64,000 nucleotides of DNA from Flavobacteriales bacterium (GCA_023251075.1 JAHEZM010000001.1:65676-129675); one strand, 5' to 3'. Shown: positions 10,112 through 20,558, counted from the stretch's first letter. Numbers and translations are program-made. Notes: generated by a model not told the origin, from the sequence alone.

Positions 10112-11014
10112 ATGAGTGCAGGTAGAGAGAAAAACAACATGGTGAGGAAGCCCACTAAAACTTTAATGGTTAAGGAGCCTGGTGAGTTGATGACATTTTT
10201 GATAGCCAACCTTCCGGGAAAAAACAGAAACAATATCAAAACATTAATGAAAGACAAGCACATTACCGTAAATGGTGAAGTGCAAACTCATGCTAAACAT
10301 CCATTGTTGGCCGGACAAAAAGTGGAAGTACATTGGGTTCCGGTGCCCAGAGCAAAACAATTGCACGATATCACTATCATTCATGAAGATGAACATATCA
10401 TAGTAATTGATAAGCACGCCGGAGTTTTATCAGTGGCGACCGATAAAGAGAAAAGAGATACCGCTTACAGCATTTTAAGTGCTCACGTAAAGCAGCAACA
10501 TTATCAAAATAAAATATTTATCGTTCATCGATTGGATAGAGATACCAGCGGATTAATGGTTTACGCCAGAACTGAACAGGCCAAAAGAGTTTTGCAACAA
10601 ACCTGGAATGAATCGGTGAAAGAGAGAAGCTATTTAGCTATTGTTGAACGGCCGGTAGAAAAGGATAAAGGCACTATAAAATCATACCTTAAGGAAACTT
10701 CAGCTTTGATTGTTTACTCTAGTCAGAATCCTGAACACGGACAACTTTCTATCACTCATTATGAAGTTTTACAAAGAACGCCTCGCTATTCCATGTTGAA
10801 AGTAGATTTGGAAACCGGTAGAAAAAACCAGGTTCGTGTACACATGAAAGATATAGAACACCCAATAGTAGGCGATAAAAAATATGGCGCTAAAACCGAT
10901 CCTATTGCTCGCTTAGGGTTACACGCCTATATTTTAGCATTCAAGCATCCAATAACTGGAGAAGATCTCCGTTTTGAAACTCCAAAGCCACGTAAATTTT
11001 TAAGATTATTTTAA
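10112..11014 (+). CDS. RluA-family pseudouridine synthase with N-terminal S4-like domain
   Basis: It has the catalytic motif HRLDRDTSGLMVYA and a C-terminal GRKNQVRVH. The start could be the Met at codon 10. Confidence 0.85.
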   Translation: MSAGREKNNMVRKPTKTLMVKEPGELMTFLIANLPGKNRNNIKTLMKDKHITVNGEVQTHAKHPLLAGQKVEVHWVPVPRAKQLHDITIIHEDEHIIVIDKHAGVLSVATDKEKRDTAYSILSAHVKQQHYQNKIFIVHRLDRDTSGLMVYARTEQAKRVLQQTWNESVKERSYLAIVERPVEKDKGTIKSYLKETSALIVYSSQNPEHGQLSITHYEVLQRTPRYSMLKVDLETGRKNQVRVHMKDIEHPIVGDKKYGAKTDPIARLGLHAYILAFKHPITGEDLRFETPKPRKFLRLF

Positions 11015-11018
11015 GTAT

Positions 11019-12569
11019 ATGATGAAGAAAGTATTATTTTCATTTGTAGTTGCATCAAGCTTTTTCGCTTGCTCAGTAGATCATTCTAAAATTCAAAACT
11101 ACATTCCTGCTGATGTTAACTCAGTAGTGATTATTAATCAACAAGCTATTATTGGCGAACTTAAATGGGATATTGCATTGGGAAATGATAAGCTGAAATT
11201 CCAATCGCTTAAAAATCCTATACTAAAACAAATTTTAGAAAATCCCGCTTCTTCCGGACTGGAATGGATGGGGAAATCATATATATTCAATTCTGATAGC
11301 ACTGGCTCTGTTGCAATTATTCCATTGACTAATCCGGAAGATTTATTGACTTTATTAGAAAGTGAAAAAATATTGGCGAAAGATGCGGGGAGTTATAAGG
11401 CTCTTTATTCGAATGGCAATAGTATTTTTATTGATGATAATGCTATGTTTCTTTTCTTTGATTCTTTGGCCATCAACAAAGGAGAGAGTATTATCAATAA
11501 ATTGAAAGATGATTCCCAAAAATCGCTAGTCAATTCAACTACTGGTAAAGGAAAAGAGATTTTCACTTCAGAACATCATATCTCTATGTATCAAAAAGGA
11601 TCTTCTTTATCATCAATATTCGATAATATATTAGCTACAATTTCTGCATCAGAATCTAAATCAGAAAAAAATGGTTCAGAATCTGTTTCCTTTTTTGATT
11701 TTAAAAATGGTGTATTAGAAGGAACTAGTGATGAGTATTTTGCCAATGGTAGTCATGATCAAAAAACCTTCGAAAAATCGGGTGTAATTGAGCAATTAGC
11801 AAGTGGATTAAATCAAAAAGATCCTGTTTTAGATTTAGCAATTTCTACGAATTTAAGTTCTTTGTTACTTTCCGGAGAAAAAAGCTTATGGAAACATCAG
11901 GCCGATTCTTTACTTGGATTGTATATGGGGGCAAGCACAGAAATGCTGGAGCCAATATTTGGTGGTGATGCTTTGATTACTTTCAACGGATTAAATATTT
12001 CAATGGGAATGGGCCACACCGAAACAGGTACCGAACACTCTACAGAATCGGAAATGGATTATGAAATGAAACCTGTTTTCAATGTGAATTATACTTTAGC
12101 AATTACTCTTAAAGACACTATAATGGGAAGAGGATTAATAGAGAGAGCTTTGGTTCAGTACGCTCCAACTATTAAAAACAGCGTTTTTTACATTCCCACC
12201 TTCAACTCTTATTTATTTTTTAAAGGCAATTACGTTTATGCTACTGGAGATTCTAATGTAGTTAAAACTATTATGGCTACTCCTGCAGAAAGTAAAAACA
12301 ATTTGTACTCCAATTTCAACAACGGCTTAACTATCAATTTCCAAGGCTTATCGAAAAAACTTCCTTTAGAGTTCTTGCCTATGTTTGCTCCGGCTATAAA
12401 TACCATAGAGAAAAAGTTAGTGAAAGTTAGCTATGTTGCTGAACCAGCAAAAGGAAATACAATGCATAGCAAATTCATTTTGGAAGGAAAAAATAAAGAA
12501 GAAAATATTTTAATTACTATTCTTGATTTAATGAATGAATTGGGAGGTAATTCTACTCCTCAATCTTAA
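11019..12569 (+). CDS. Hypothetical lipoprotein (possibly DUF4836-like)
   Basis: 516-aa ORF with a lipobox-like N-terminus (FVVASSFFACS). It is translationally coupled (TAATG) to the downstream ABC ATPase. Confidence 0.6.
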   Translation: MMKKVLFSFVVASSFFACSVDHSKIQNYIPADVNSVVIINQQAIIGELKWDIALGNDKLKFQSLKNPILKQILENPASSGLEWMGKSYIFNSDSTGSVAIIPLTNPEDLLTLLESEKILAKDAGSYKALYSNGNSIFIDDNAMFLFFDSLAINKGESIINKLKDDSQKSLVNSTTGKGKEIFTSEHHISMYQKGSSLSSIFDNILATISASESKSEKNGSESVSFFDFKNGVLEGTSDEYFANGSHDQKTFEKSGVIEQLASGLNQKDPVLDLAISTNLSSLLLSGEKSLWKHQADSLLGLYMGASTEMLEPIFGGDALITFNGLNISMGMGHTETGTEHSTESEMDYEMKPVFNVNYTLAITLKDTIMGRGLIERALVQYAPTIKNSVFYIPTFNSYLFFKGNYVYATGDSNVVKTIMATPAESKNNLYSNFNNGLTINFQGLSKKLPLEFLPMFAPAINTIEKKLVKVSYVAEPAKGNTMHSKFILEGKNKEENILITILDLMNELGGNSTPQS

Positions 12570-13213
12570 TGAGCAGTATCCAGCTAAATAAAGTTATTCC
12601 GATTCCCATTCAAGATACTTATTCGAAAGTATCTGACGTTTGGGGAGCAAATATCTCTTTTGAATCTGGAAAATACTATCATGTTTGCGCTCCGTCGGGA
12701 ACAGGTAAAACCACTTTATCTCATATTCTTTACGGATTGCGACATGATTACAATGGTGAGGTTCTTTTCAATAACCAATTAGTGAAGAACTGGAAACCTG
12801 ATCAGTGGAGTGTTTGCCGACAAACAGAAATTTCTATTATTTATCAGGATTTAAAATTACTGGAAGAATATACTGCGCTGGAGAATATTAAAATCAAAAA
12901 TCGATTGACTAATTTTTTTACAGATAAAGAAATTCAAGATAATGCAGAAAGAATAGGAGTGGCGCATCTCTTAAATAAGAGCTGCAAAACAATTTCTCGT
13001 GGTGAGCGCCAGCGTATTTCTATATTGAGAGCATTGAGTCAGCCTTTTAAATTCATTATTTTAGACGAAGCCTTTAGTCATTTAGATGAAAACAATACCC
13101 GAAAATGTATAGGCTTAATCAACGATGTTTTAACGAAGAATAACGCGAGTGTTATTTCTTGTAATTTATTTGAAGATCAGCATTTCGCTTACCATCAAAA
13201 ACTAAAACTGTGA
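12569..13213 (+). CDS. ABC transporter ATP-binding protein with degenerate signature and H-loop
   Basis: It has Walker A APSGTGKTT, a Q-loop IYQD, a signature-like ISRGERQRISILRA and Walker B FIILDEAFSHLD. No His is seen at the expected H-loop position (SVISCNL). Confidence 0.8.
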   Translation: MSSIQLNKVIPIPIQDTYSKVSDVWGANISFESGKYYHVCAPSGTGKTTLSHILYGLRHDYNGEVLFNNQLVKNWKPDQWSVCRQTEISIIYQDLKLLEEYTALENIKIKNRLTNFFTDKEIQDNAERIGVAHLLNKSCKTISRGERQRISILRALSQPFKFIILDEAFSHLDENNTRKCIGLINDVLTKNNASVISCNLFEDQHFAYHQKLKL

Positions 13214-14403
13214 ACCGATTGCTAGTTAAAATATTATGGGGTAAACAATCGTACTTTCAAATGGTGCTCACTCTTTTTGCATTGGTAATAGGCGTTGTGG
13301 TAATGGCTCTTACTTTTAATTTATATCTCAATTTCGAAGAAGTATTAGAGGATAAAGATGCTTTTTCCAATAATTATTTAGTGGTAAATAAATCGGTAGG
13401 GTATATGAATACTCTCCACCTTTCTTCTAATTCTTTTAATGCAAAAGAAGTGGAGTCAATAAAAGATGGAAATACGATTCAGAATGCAGTAGGATTTTCT
13501 TCCAACCAATTTGATGTGGCTATTAGAAAAGGAGCTCCATTCAATTTATATTCTGAAATATTTTTAGAAGCAGTACCGCGCAATTTTGTAGACAATGTTC
13601 CTTCCGATTTCCGTTGGAAAGAAGGAGAGAATGAAGTGCCCATCATTCTGTCTAACGAGTTGTATAATTTGGTGAGCTTTGGATATACTCCTTCTAAAAG
13701 TGGATTACCGCAATTGCCAAAATCGGCTTGGATGAATACCGATTTTGAATTAGAAATTCACGGACCTAAGGGAAGCAAATCGATGAAGACAAGAGTAGTG
13801 GGTTTTTCCGATAGAATTAACTCTGTATTAGCTCCTGTTGAGTTTGTGGAGTGGGCAAATGTGAGTATTGGCAGAGGAAAACAAAGTGAGTTTTCTCGTG
13901 TTCTTATAGAAGTGGAAGATGCATCAGACCCTAAAGTAGAAAAGTATTTAAGCAGTAAAGGATATCAGGTAAATAAAGACAAGCTGTTGGCTGGAAGTGG
14001 TAAAACTAAAATCAAATTGTTTTTATCAATATTGGCTTTTATTGGCGCACTGATCGTTTCATTGACCTTAAATTCTTTGGTAATGAATATTCAATTACTG
14101 ATTTCTAAAGCGAAGGCGGAATTGAAAATGCTGTTTAGTTTAGGCTACAGATTAAGTACTTTGTTTTCTTACATGTTTTACGGATTTATTATTTCTCAAC
14201 TGTTTCCTTTAATCGCTATTTATCTTTTGCTTCCTTTTTTAAATTCATTTATAGAACAAGGATTAAAAGAATTTATGCCTAATCTAGTCATGGTTATTTT
14301 CACAGAAGTATTGGCATTACCACTAATAATAATGATATTATCTGTAGCTGTAATGGCTGTTTTTCTAAAGCGCTCATTAAGATTGAGTGTATTGTCGGAT
14401 TAA
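13210..14403 (+). CDS. FtsX-like ABC transporter permease
   Basis: 397-aa ORF with an N-terminal TM helix, a large extracytoplasmic loop and three C-terminal TM helices. The GTG start forms a GTGA overlap with the ATPase stop. Confidence 0.75.
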   Translation: MNRLLVKILWGKQSYFQMVLTLFALVIGVVVMALTFNLYLNFEEVLEDKDAFSNNYLVVNKSVGYMNTLHLSSNSFNAKEVESIKDGNTIQNAVGFSSNQFDVAIRKGAPFNLYSEIFLEAVPRNFVDNVPSDFRWKEGENEVPIILSNELYNLVSFGYTPSKSGLPQLPKSAWMNTDFELEIHGPKGSKSMKTRVVGFSDRINSVLAPVEFVEWANVSIGRGKQSEFSRVLIEVEDASDPKVEKYLSSKGYQVNKDKLLAGSGKTKIKLFLSILAFIGALIVSLTLNSLVMNIQLLISKAKAELKMLFSLGYRLSTLFSYMFYGFIISQLFPLIAIYLLLPFLNSFIEQGLKEFMPNLVMVIFTEVLALPLIIMILSVAVMAVFLKRSLRLSVLSD

Positions 14404-14622
14404 TTAAAACTCTTTTTTGTTTTTATTGAAATTCTTATTGTTTCCAACTAAAATTAATTCTAATTTAGCGCCGCCTATTAGCATTATTCTTTTATTTGGT
14501 TGTTGTAAATCATTGTTAAAGTACCTTAATAAATTGGTAAAGATTGAGCAGTGATATATTTTGGCCTGAGGAAAAAATAATTTCGGATGTACAATTTTAG
14601 TTTTATTTAATTATAAAAAAGA

Positions 14623-17187
14623 ATGACTTTTTTAAGGGTAATATTTTTTATCGTTTTCTGTTCTGTGGGAGTTTTACAGGCCCAGGAAAATTGCGGTAAT
14701 GGAAAAGATGATGATGGAGATGGTTTAATCGATTTAAACGATACATCGGATTGTATTTGTAAAGTGAAAAGCGGAACCGGAACTGGTGTAAGTTCTATTA
14801 TTCCCAATCCTTCTTTCGAAAATTATAATACTTGTCCTTCTTATTTTAGTCAGCTTGATTACGCCGATACCTGGCATCAAGCCACAACAGCAACTTCCGA
14901 TTATTTTAATACCTGCGGCTATATGCCTTCTATGGTTCCAACACCTGTACCCGACGGCAAAGCATGTGTGGGAGCTTATAGTGTAGATGGATACAAAGAA
15001 TATATAGGAGCGAATTTATTGCAACCAATGTTGGCTGGCACTAAATACACCATTGAATTGAATATTACAGCTACTGAAGCAAATGGTGATTTCTCGGGTT
15101 TCCTATCTGCAAATTCTCTGAGTCCAATAGATGTCACTATTTTCGGTTTATCTACTACTGCCACTTTCCCCATATCAACTATGGAATGCCCCGAACCTAT
15201 GGGATGGATAGCACTAGGTTCAGTTTCTTATTTCCCTTCAGATAAATGGAGTAAAATCACCATTAGTTTTACGCCATCAGTGAATATTAATGCAATGATG
15301 ATTGGTGGTTCGTGTACCGTTCCATCCGATTATCCCTCTTATTCTTCAAGCAATTTGTTTTATTTTATGTTTGATAATCTGGTGCTCAATAAAGACGAAT
15401 ATTTTAAATCAAAAAACTCATTGGATACTACTGGTTCCTTTTGTAATAAGGATCTTAAGCTGATTGGTCATCCTGATCAGAAAAATGGAATTTATCAATG
15501 GTATAAAAATGGAATAGCAATAGCTGGCGAAACAGATACTATACTGAATGTTTCTGCTAAAAATTATGGAATAGGACAATATTCTTTCCGCCTTAGTTTT
15601 AATGATCCTGCTATACTGTGCTCTGTGAGTAGTTTTGATGTTCAACCCGAAAAAATATCGGTTGATTTTCTAACGAGTTCTACTACAGCATGCTCACTAC
15701 AACCCGTAACATTTACTAACCAAACAAAAGCAAAAGGAAATTTTAGATGGGAATTTGGAGATGGCAATATCTCACAAACCAATAGCCCTGTTTACAATTA
15801 CGCTTCACCGGGAACTTACAATGTGAAACTTTCTTTAACCACTCCCGGAGGATGTACTGCCGATACCACCAAGAATTCTGTTGTTCAGATTTATCCAACT
15901 CCTCTCGCAAAATTCACCATCAATAAAACAGCTGATTGCAATATTATAAATGCAAACTTTACAAACCAATCTACTGTAGGTGGCAATTACACGTGGGATT
16001 TTGGTGATGGCTCGATAGATAATAGTGTGAATCCTATTCATGTTTTCTCCACTCCGGGCACTTATGATGTTAAGCTTTCTGTTTTATCGGTAAATGGCTG
16101 CGTAGATGATACTATCGTAAAACAAGCTTTGTTAAGTAGTGATTTTAAGTTGGTAAATTTCTCTGTTACTAATAATCAAGGCTGTGCGCCATATAACACA
16201 ACTTTCAATAATTCCTCCTCTTTAATAGGAACCTGTGAATGGGATTTTGGAGATGGCACAGCTTCTTCCGCATCTAATCCTTCACACATTTACACTCAGG
16301 CTGGCACATATACAGTAAAGTTAAAAGTAACTTCAGTAGATGCATGTGTAATTGAAACGATTAAAACAAGTATGATTACTGTTTATGATAAGCCACAAAT
16401 TAATTTTACTGCCGATGATATGGATGACTGTTATCCTCACACGGTTAATTTTACCAATACATCTACATCAGGATCTACTTGCTTTTGGGAATTTGGCGAC
16501 AATAGCACCTCCAATAGTTGGAGTTCGAAACACATTTATACCACTTCGGGAACTTACGATGTTAAATTAGCGATTACTTCAGTCCATAATTGTATTGCAG
16601 ATACAATCGTTAATGCAATGATATTGGTTCATAACGAACCGAAACCTGTGGCTGATTTTTCTTTCAATCCTCAACCTACCAACATATTTCAAACAGAAAT
16701 TTCTTTTACAGATTTATCCTATTCCAAAATTACCAATTGGCAATGGTATTTCGATATCGACGGAAGTATAGATAGTACCAATGAACAAAATCCAACCAAA
16801 AAATTTCCTGAAGAAAAAGGAGGTGTTTATCCGGTTCTACTAAAGGTTTCTAATGCTTTAGGTTGTGATGATACCCTAAGAAAAAAAGTGGTGATATTTG
16901 ATTTCTCTACTATTTATATTCCGAATGCATTTACTCCCAATAACGATGGTAAAAATGATGTGCTGTATATCGGTCACAGCAATCTATCGTACTTTAAATT
17001 GTTAATTTTTGATCGATGGGGAGAAGTTGTTTTTCAAACTAACAATGCCGACGAACAGTGGGATGGTAAATGCAAAGGAGAGCCTGTGCAAATGGATGTT
17101 TATACTTATAAAGCAGATTGGAAAGGGGAGAGGAATGGTTATGAAATAATGGATTCAAAAACAGGAACTATAACTGTGATAAGATAG
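14623..17187 (+). CDS. PKD-repeat surface protein with T9SS type B (gliding motility-associated) C-terminal domain
   Basis: 854 aa with a signal peptide. Five or more PKD-like units carry W(E/D)FGDG...NP.H.Y...G.Y.V.L. The C-terminus reads IPNAFTPNNDGKNDVLYI...IFDRWGEVVF...WDG. Confidence 0.88.
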   Translation: MTFLRVIFFIVFCSVGVLQAQENCGNGKDDDGDGLIDLNDTSDCICKVKSGTGTGVSSIIPNPSFENYNTCPSYFSQLDYADTWHQATTATSDYFNTCGYMPSMVPTPVPDGKACVGAYSVDGYKEYIGANLLQPMLAGTKYTIELNITATEANGDFSGFLSANSLSPIDVTIFGLSTTATFPISTMECPEPMGWIALGSVSYFPSDKWSKITISFTPSVNINAMMIGGSCTVPSDYPSYSSSNLFYFMFDNLVLNKDEYFKSKNSLDTTGSFCNKDLKLIGHPDQKNGIYQWYKNGIAIAGETDTILNVSAKNYGIGQYSFRLSFNDPAILCSVSSFDVQPEKISVDFLTSSTTACSLQPVTFTNQTKAKGNFRWEFGDGNISQTNSPVYNYASPGTYNVKLSLTTPGGCTADTTKNSVVQIYPTPLAKFTINKTADCNIINANFTNQSTVGGNYTWDFGDGSIDNSVNPIHVFSTPGTYDVKLSVLSVNGCVDDTIVKQALLSSDFKLVNFSVTNNQGCAPYNTTFNNSSSLIGTCEWDFGDGTASSASNPSHIYTQAGTYTVKLKVTSVDACVIETIKTSMITVYDKPQINFTADDMDDCYPHTVNFTNTSTSGSTCFWEFGDNSTSNSWSSKHIYTTSGTYDVKLAITSVHNCIADTIVNAMILVHNEPKPVADFSFNPQPTNIFQTEISFTDLSYSKITNWQWYFDIDGSIDSTNEQNPTKKFPEEKGGVYPVLLKVSNALGCDDTLRKKVVIFDFSTIYIPNAFTPNNDGKNDVLYIGHSNLSYFKLLIFDRWGEVVFQTNNADEQWDGKCKGEPVQMDVYTYKADWKGERNGYEIMDSKTGTITVIR

Positions 17188-17250
17188 AGAAAACAGGACG
17201 ATAGTTCCTTCGAGATTCATTAATTCAAAACATTATAAACTTCACGAAAA

Positions 17251-17390
17251 ATACGTCCTTGCGAAAATTTTGTACCCAAAATTAAAGCAATCTTATTGTA
17301 AAGAATTTTAGTTAATCAAGAGGATTGTTTGTGTAAGTATTATGATGAGATTGCTTTAATTTTGGGTACAAAATTTTCGCAAGGACGTAT
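17251..17390. repeat. Palindromic intergenic element, copy A (perfect 43-bp inverted arms, 54-bp spacer)
   Basis: The arm 17251..17293 (atacgtccttgcgaaaattttgtacccaaaattaaagcaatct) is the exact reverse complement of 17348..17390. It is 35/40 identical to the long arm of the elements at 62096 and 63535. Confidence 0.9.
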
Positions 17391-17400
17391 TGGGGCCTAT

Positions 17401-19635
17401 TTACTTCATCGAAGCCAGCGCAAACTTTATCTCTCTATAGGTAAACTGATCTCCCACGTTTTCTTTGATTACTCCCAATTGAAAACTATTGATTTTTCTG
17501 ACTATTTCGAGTATTGAATCAATAATTTTTTCATTCACAAATTCTTTTGCTTCCAGTTTTCCTTCACGAATCAAATCACATAAATGACCTTCAATAGTAG
17601 TTACACCAAAACTCCTTTCTTTGGCAATTAACTCTATACTTTTTCCTTCTTTGTATAACTGCAATGTATAGTCTCTAGTGGGGATTTTCTCTTTCTTTTC
17701 TACTTTGATTCTCTCTTTATTTTTTAAATAAGTATTGGTTTGAAGTGAGGAAGAGATTTGTTTTAATCTTTCATCATCCCTATTTAAGTGACTGATTTTA
17801 TCTTTAGTGAATTCCGTTTTATCGATAATAGATTGGCAAAACAAAATTGCCTTTTTAAATTTTTTGATTTGCTCGTTGCATGCACTTTCCAACTCTAATA
17901 ATTCGGAAAGATAAATTTTCATTTTCTTTTCACTCTTTACTAATTCTATATGCTGAAGAATTTTGGTTGATAATGTTTTTACAATAGGAGTAAAGTAGCC
18001 TTCAGCCGCAGCTACTCTTTGATGAAGAGTGGATAAAAAATCATTGGCTTTTTTATCGAGAACCCCATGAACATATTGAATGAATTTCTGACTATGAACC
18101 AATTCTTTTTCGAGTTGATCGCGCAGAAGCATGGCCCATTGCTTATGAGTTTGCTTAGTGGATTTATTCTTGTCTTTATAGTAAGAATCCACATGACTTT
18201 GTAAGGTGTTCAATAATCCACTTAAATCAAAACAATTCAATAAATAGCTTTTAAAAAAAGCCTGACTTTCTTCTTGGGCAATTTGTTTTAATTCTTCTTC
18301 CGACTTCTTATTCTCCGAAAAAAGGGCAATGTTTTTATCGTATTCTATAGCTCCTTCATTAATTTTTGAAGTGAGTACCAATCCGTTTAAACTTCTCAAT
18401 CTCGACAAAGCAACATAGGCTTGTCCGGCAGCAAACACCGACCCAATATCAATAATTGCTTTATCGAAAGTTAAGCCCTGACTCTTATGCACCGTAATGG
18501 CCCACGCCAATTTAATAGGGTAGTGGGTGAAGGTGCCAATTACATTTTCTTCAATGTCATTAGTGACTTGATTAAGCGTGTATTTATGATTCTCCCAAAT
18601 GTGTTGCTCTAATGTGATAATTTCCTTAGTATCGGGAAATTGAACTTTAATCTCTTTTTCACTTAAACTATGAATCACCGCAATCTTTCCATTATAGTAT
18701 CTCCCGTTAGGGTCATTTTTCACCATCATGATTTGAGCATTGACTTTTAACTCTAATGTTTTTTCTAGGGGATAAGCCTGTTCACTAAAATCACCTTTTA
18801 TAACAGCATTGTATAAATAAGAAATGCCATTCAATTCATTCAAATAATCTTTATTGATTTTATCTGCTTTATAATTGTGCGTAGTGATAGTAATATAATT
18901 ATCCTCCTTTTTTTGTTGAAATGCCGGAGAATAATATTCATTTAATTTTTGAATATCGTGAGTAGAAATCTGGTTGTTTCTTAAGTGATTTAAAATGGTA
19001 ATGAAATTTTGATCTTCCTGACGAAAAACTTTGTCGAGTTCAACAATTAACGCTTTGTTTTGATTCAATACTAAAGCATCAAAGAAGAAAACACTTTTGT
19101 AATATTTCTTTAGTTCAAACCACTCGTCATCTTTTACCACAGGAGGTAATTGTTGTAAATCACCAATAAATAAAACCTGAACACCACCAAAACTGCTCTG
19201 TTGTTTTCTTCTCACAAAACGAAGAACCAAATCGATTTCATCTAAAATATCAGAACGAAGCATACTCACTTCATCAATGATTAAAAGCTCTAGCTCTTGA
19301 ATGATCTTTCGTTTTACACCATTAATATGTAAATTTTTAAAAAGGGTAGAGGGATCACTAAATCTACCTTGTAAAGGATTACTTTGTTTTACAGGAATAA
19401 AAGAACCAAAAGGCAATTGAAAAAAAGAGTGAATGGTAACACCACCTGCGTTAATAGCAGCAATACCTGTAGGAGCAACGACCACTGCTTTTTTATGTGT
19501 ATTTTGAACAATGTGTTTTAGGAAGGTGGTTTTACCTGTTCCTGCTTTTCCAGTGAGAAAAAGATGTTTGTTGGTTTGATTGATAATTTTGGTAGCCAAT
19601 GCAAAAGCATTGGTAGCTTCGGAGAAATTCATCAT
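17401..19635 (-). CDS. Pif1/RecD-like AAA+ DNA helicase with C-terminal helix-turn-helix domain
   Basis: It has Walker A GKAGTGKTTFLK, a DEVSM Walker B and a VHKSQGLTFD motif typical of SF1B helicases. The C-terminal ~90 aa look like a helicase-associated HTH. Confidence 0.85.
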   Translation of the reverse strand: MMNFSEATNAFALATKIINQTNKHLFLTGKAGTGKTTFLKHIVQNTHKKAVVVAPTGIAAINAGGVTIHSFFQLPFGSFIPVKQSNPLQGRFSDPSTLFKNLHINGVKRKIIQELELLIIDEVSMLRSDILDEIDLVLRFVRRKQQSSFGGVQVLFIGDLQQLPPVVKDDEWFELKKYYKSVFFFDALVLNQNKALIVELDKVFRQEDQNFITILNHLRNNQISTHDIQKLNEYYSPAFQQKKEDNYITITTHNYKADKINKDYLNELNGISYLYNAVIKGDFSEQAYPLEKTLELKVNAQIMMVKNDPNGRYYNGKIAVIHSLSEKEIKVQFPDTKEIITLEQHIWENHKYTLNQVTNDIEENVIGTFTHYPIKLAWAITVHKSQGLTFDKAIIDIGSVFAAGQAYVALSRLRSLNGLVLTSKINEGAIEYDKNIALFSENKKSEEELKQIAQEESQAFFKSYLLNCFDLSGLLNTLQSHVDSYYKDKNKSTKQTHKQWAMLLRDQLEKELVHSQKFIQYVHGVLDKKANDFLSTLHQRVAAAEGYFTPIVKTLSTKILQHIELVKSEKKMKIYLSELLELESACNEQIKKFKKAILFCQSIIDKTEFTKDKISHLNRDDERLKQISSSLQTNTYLKNKERIKVEKKEKIPTRDYTLQLYKEGKSIELIAKERSFGVTTIEGHLCDLIREGKLEAKEFVNEKIIDSILEIVRKINSFQLGVIKENVGDQFTYREIKFALASMK

Positions 19636-19706
19636 TTTTTAAATTTAGTTAGGAGCAACGAAGATAAAAAATAATGACACTAAAACTTTTGGCAAATATC
19701 GCCAAG

Positions 19707-20558
19707 CTATTTCGTTGTTTTAGATTTTATGCCAACTACATTGGGTAATTTCCAAAAATGATCGTTGTTATCATTAGGATAAGAATTGGAAATATAACTT
19801 CCGGTTTTCTCAAAATGAAATCCATTCACATTAATATACAAGCTGGTTTCGGGTCCGCCTTCCAAATATGTAGCGTTTACCAAATCAAAGGGAAGCATTT
19901 GTAAAAAAACAATCATTTCGTTGTGAGTGTAAGGTGATCGGGTAAAAACATAATATAAATTTCCTTGTAAATCCATCGCACACAATAACATGCTACACGA
20001 TTGATTTTTCTTATTCCAGGTTAAAGGATTTCCACTACAATCCAACATTCTCATGCTTTGGGAATAGGAATTATAAAATGTTTTTACAGAATCCCATTTT
20101 TCGCAACTTAAATCAAAAATTTTAAATGGAGGATTTAAGCTGTCTTTTGGATTAAAAGACATCATGGCACCATATCCGTCTAAAAAAGTAGGATTATTAA
20201 AGTGCTTGAAGTTTTGCATGTATCCTTTGTTTGATAAGCGCTTGCTTAAATCATACATGCCTGCGTTTACAACAATATCAACATTCATGTCTTTCGACCA
20301 TTCAGGTGCAGTTCTGGTAGAATCATATTCTGTAGCCGACAGCATTTTAAATTCAACTTTCTTAGGATTGATCTTCAATAAAGTGAGTTTAGAGTCGTTA
20401 ACAATGGATTTGAAAGGAGCGTCGGTTTCACAATATTCAATGCCATCGCTAAGAGTTCGCCAGTGAATGAAGATGTTGGAGTCGGAATTTTGTGCAAAAA
20501 TGCTTGAAGAATGGGTGAGGGTGATAAAGAGAATTAATATGGCTGACTTAAATTTCAT
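19707..20558 (-). CDS. Secreted phosphodiester glycosidase-like (DUF2233/NAGPA-like) protein
   Basis: The start is placed at MKFKSAILILFITL (signal peptide), overlapping the upstream stop by 11 nt. VVNAGMYD and YLEGGPETS resemble the NAGPA-family motifs. The family call is tentative. Confidence 0.45.
   Translation of the reverse strand: MKFKSAILILFITLTHSSSIFAQNSDSNIFIHWRTLSDGIEYCETDAPFKSIVNDSKLTLLKINPKKVEFKMLSATEYDSTRTAPEWSKDMNVDIVVNAGMYDLSKRLSNKGYMQNFKHFNNPTFLDGYGAMMSFNPKDSLNPPFKIFDLSCEKWDSVKTFYNSYSQSMRMLDCSGNPLTWNKKNQSCSMLLCAMDLQGNLYYVFTRSPYTHNEMIVFLQMLPFDLVNATYLEGGPETSLYINVNGFHFEKTGSYISNSYPNDNNDHFWKLPNVVGIKSKTTK

Noticed and set aside
14692-14760. The CGNGKDDDGDGLIDLNDTSDCIC motif at the N-terminus of the PKD protein, considered as a special metal-binding (MopE-like) feature.
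   Set aside because: It is a single short copy of a common Cys/Asp-rich module in secreted proteins, and nothing further supports a distinct function.
17401-19635. The Pif1/RecD-like helicase considered as the core of a defence or mobile-element module.
   Set aside because: It stands alone between a surface-protein gene and envelope genes, with no nuclease, methylase, integrase or relaxase partner. Bacteroidota commonly carry a chromosomal Pif1-family helicase with this HTH tail.
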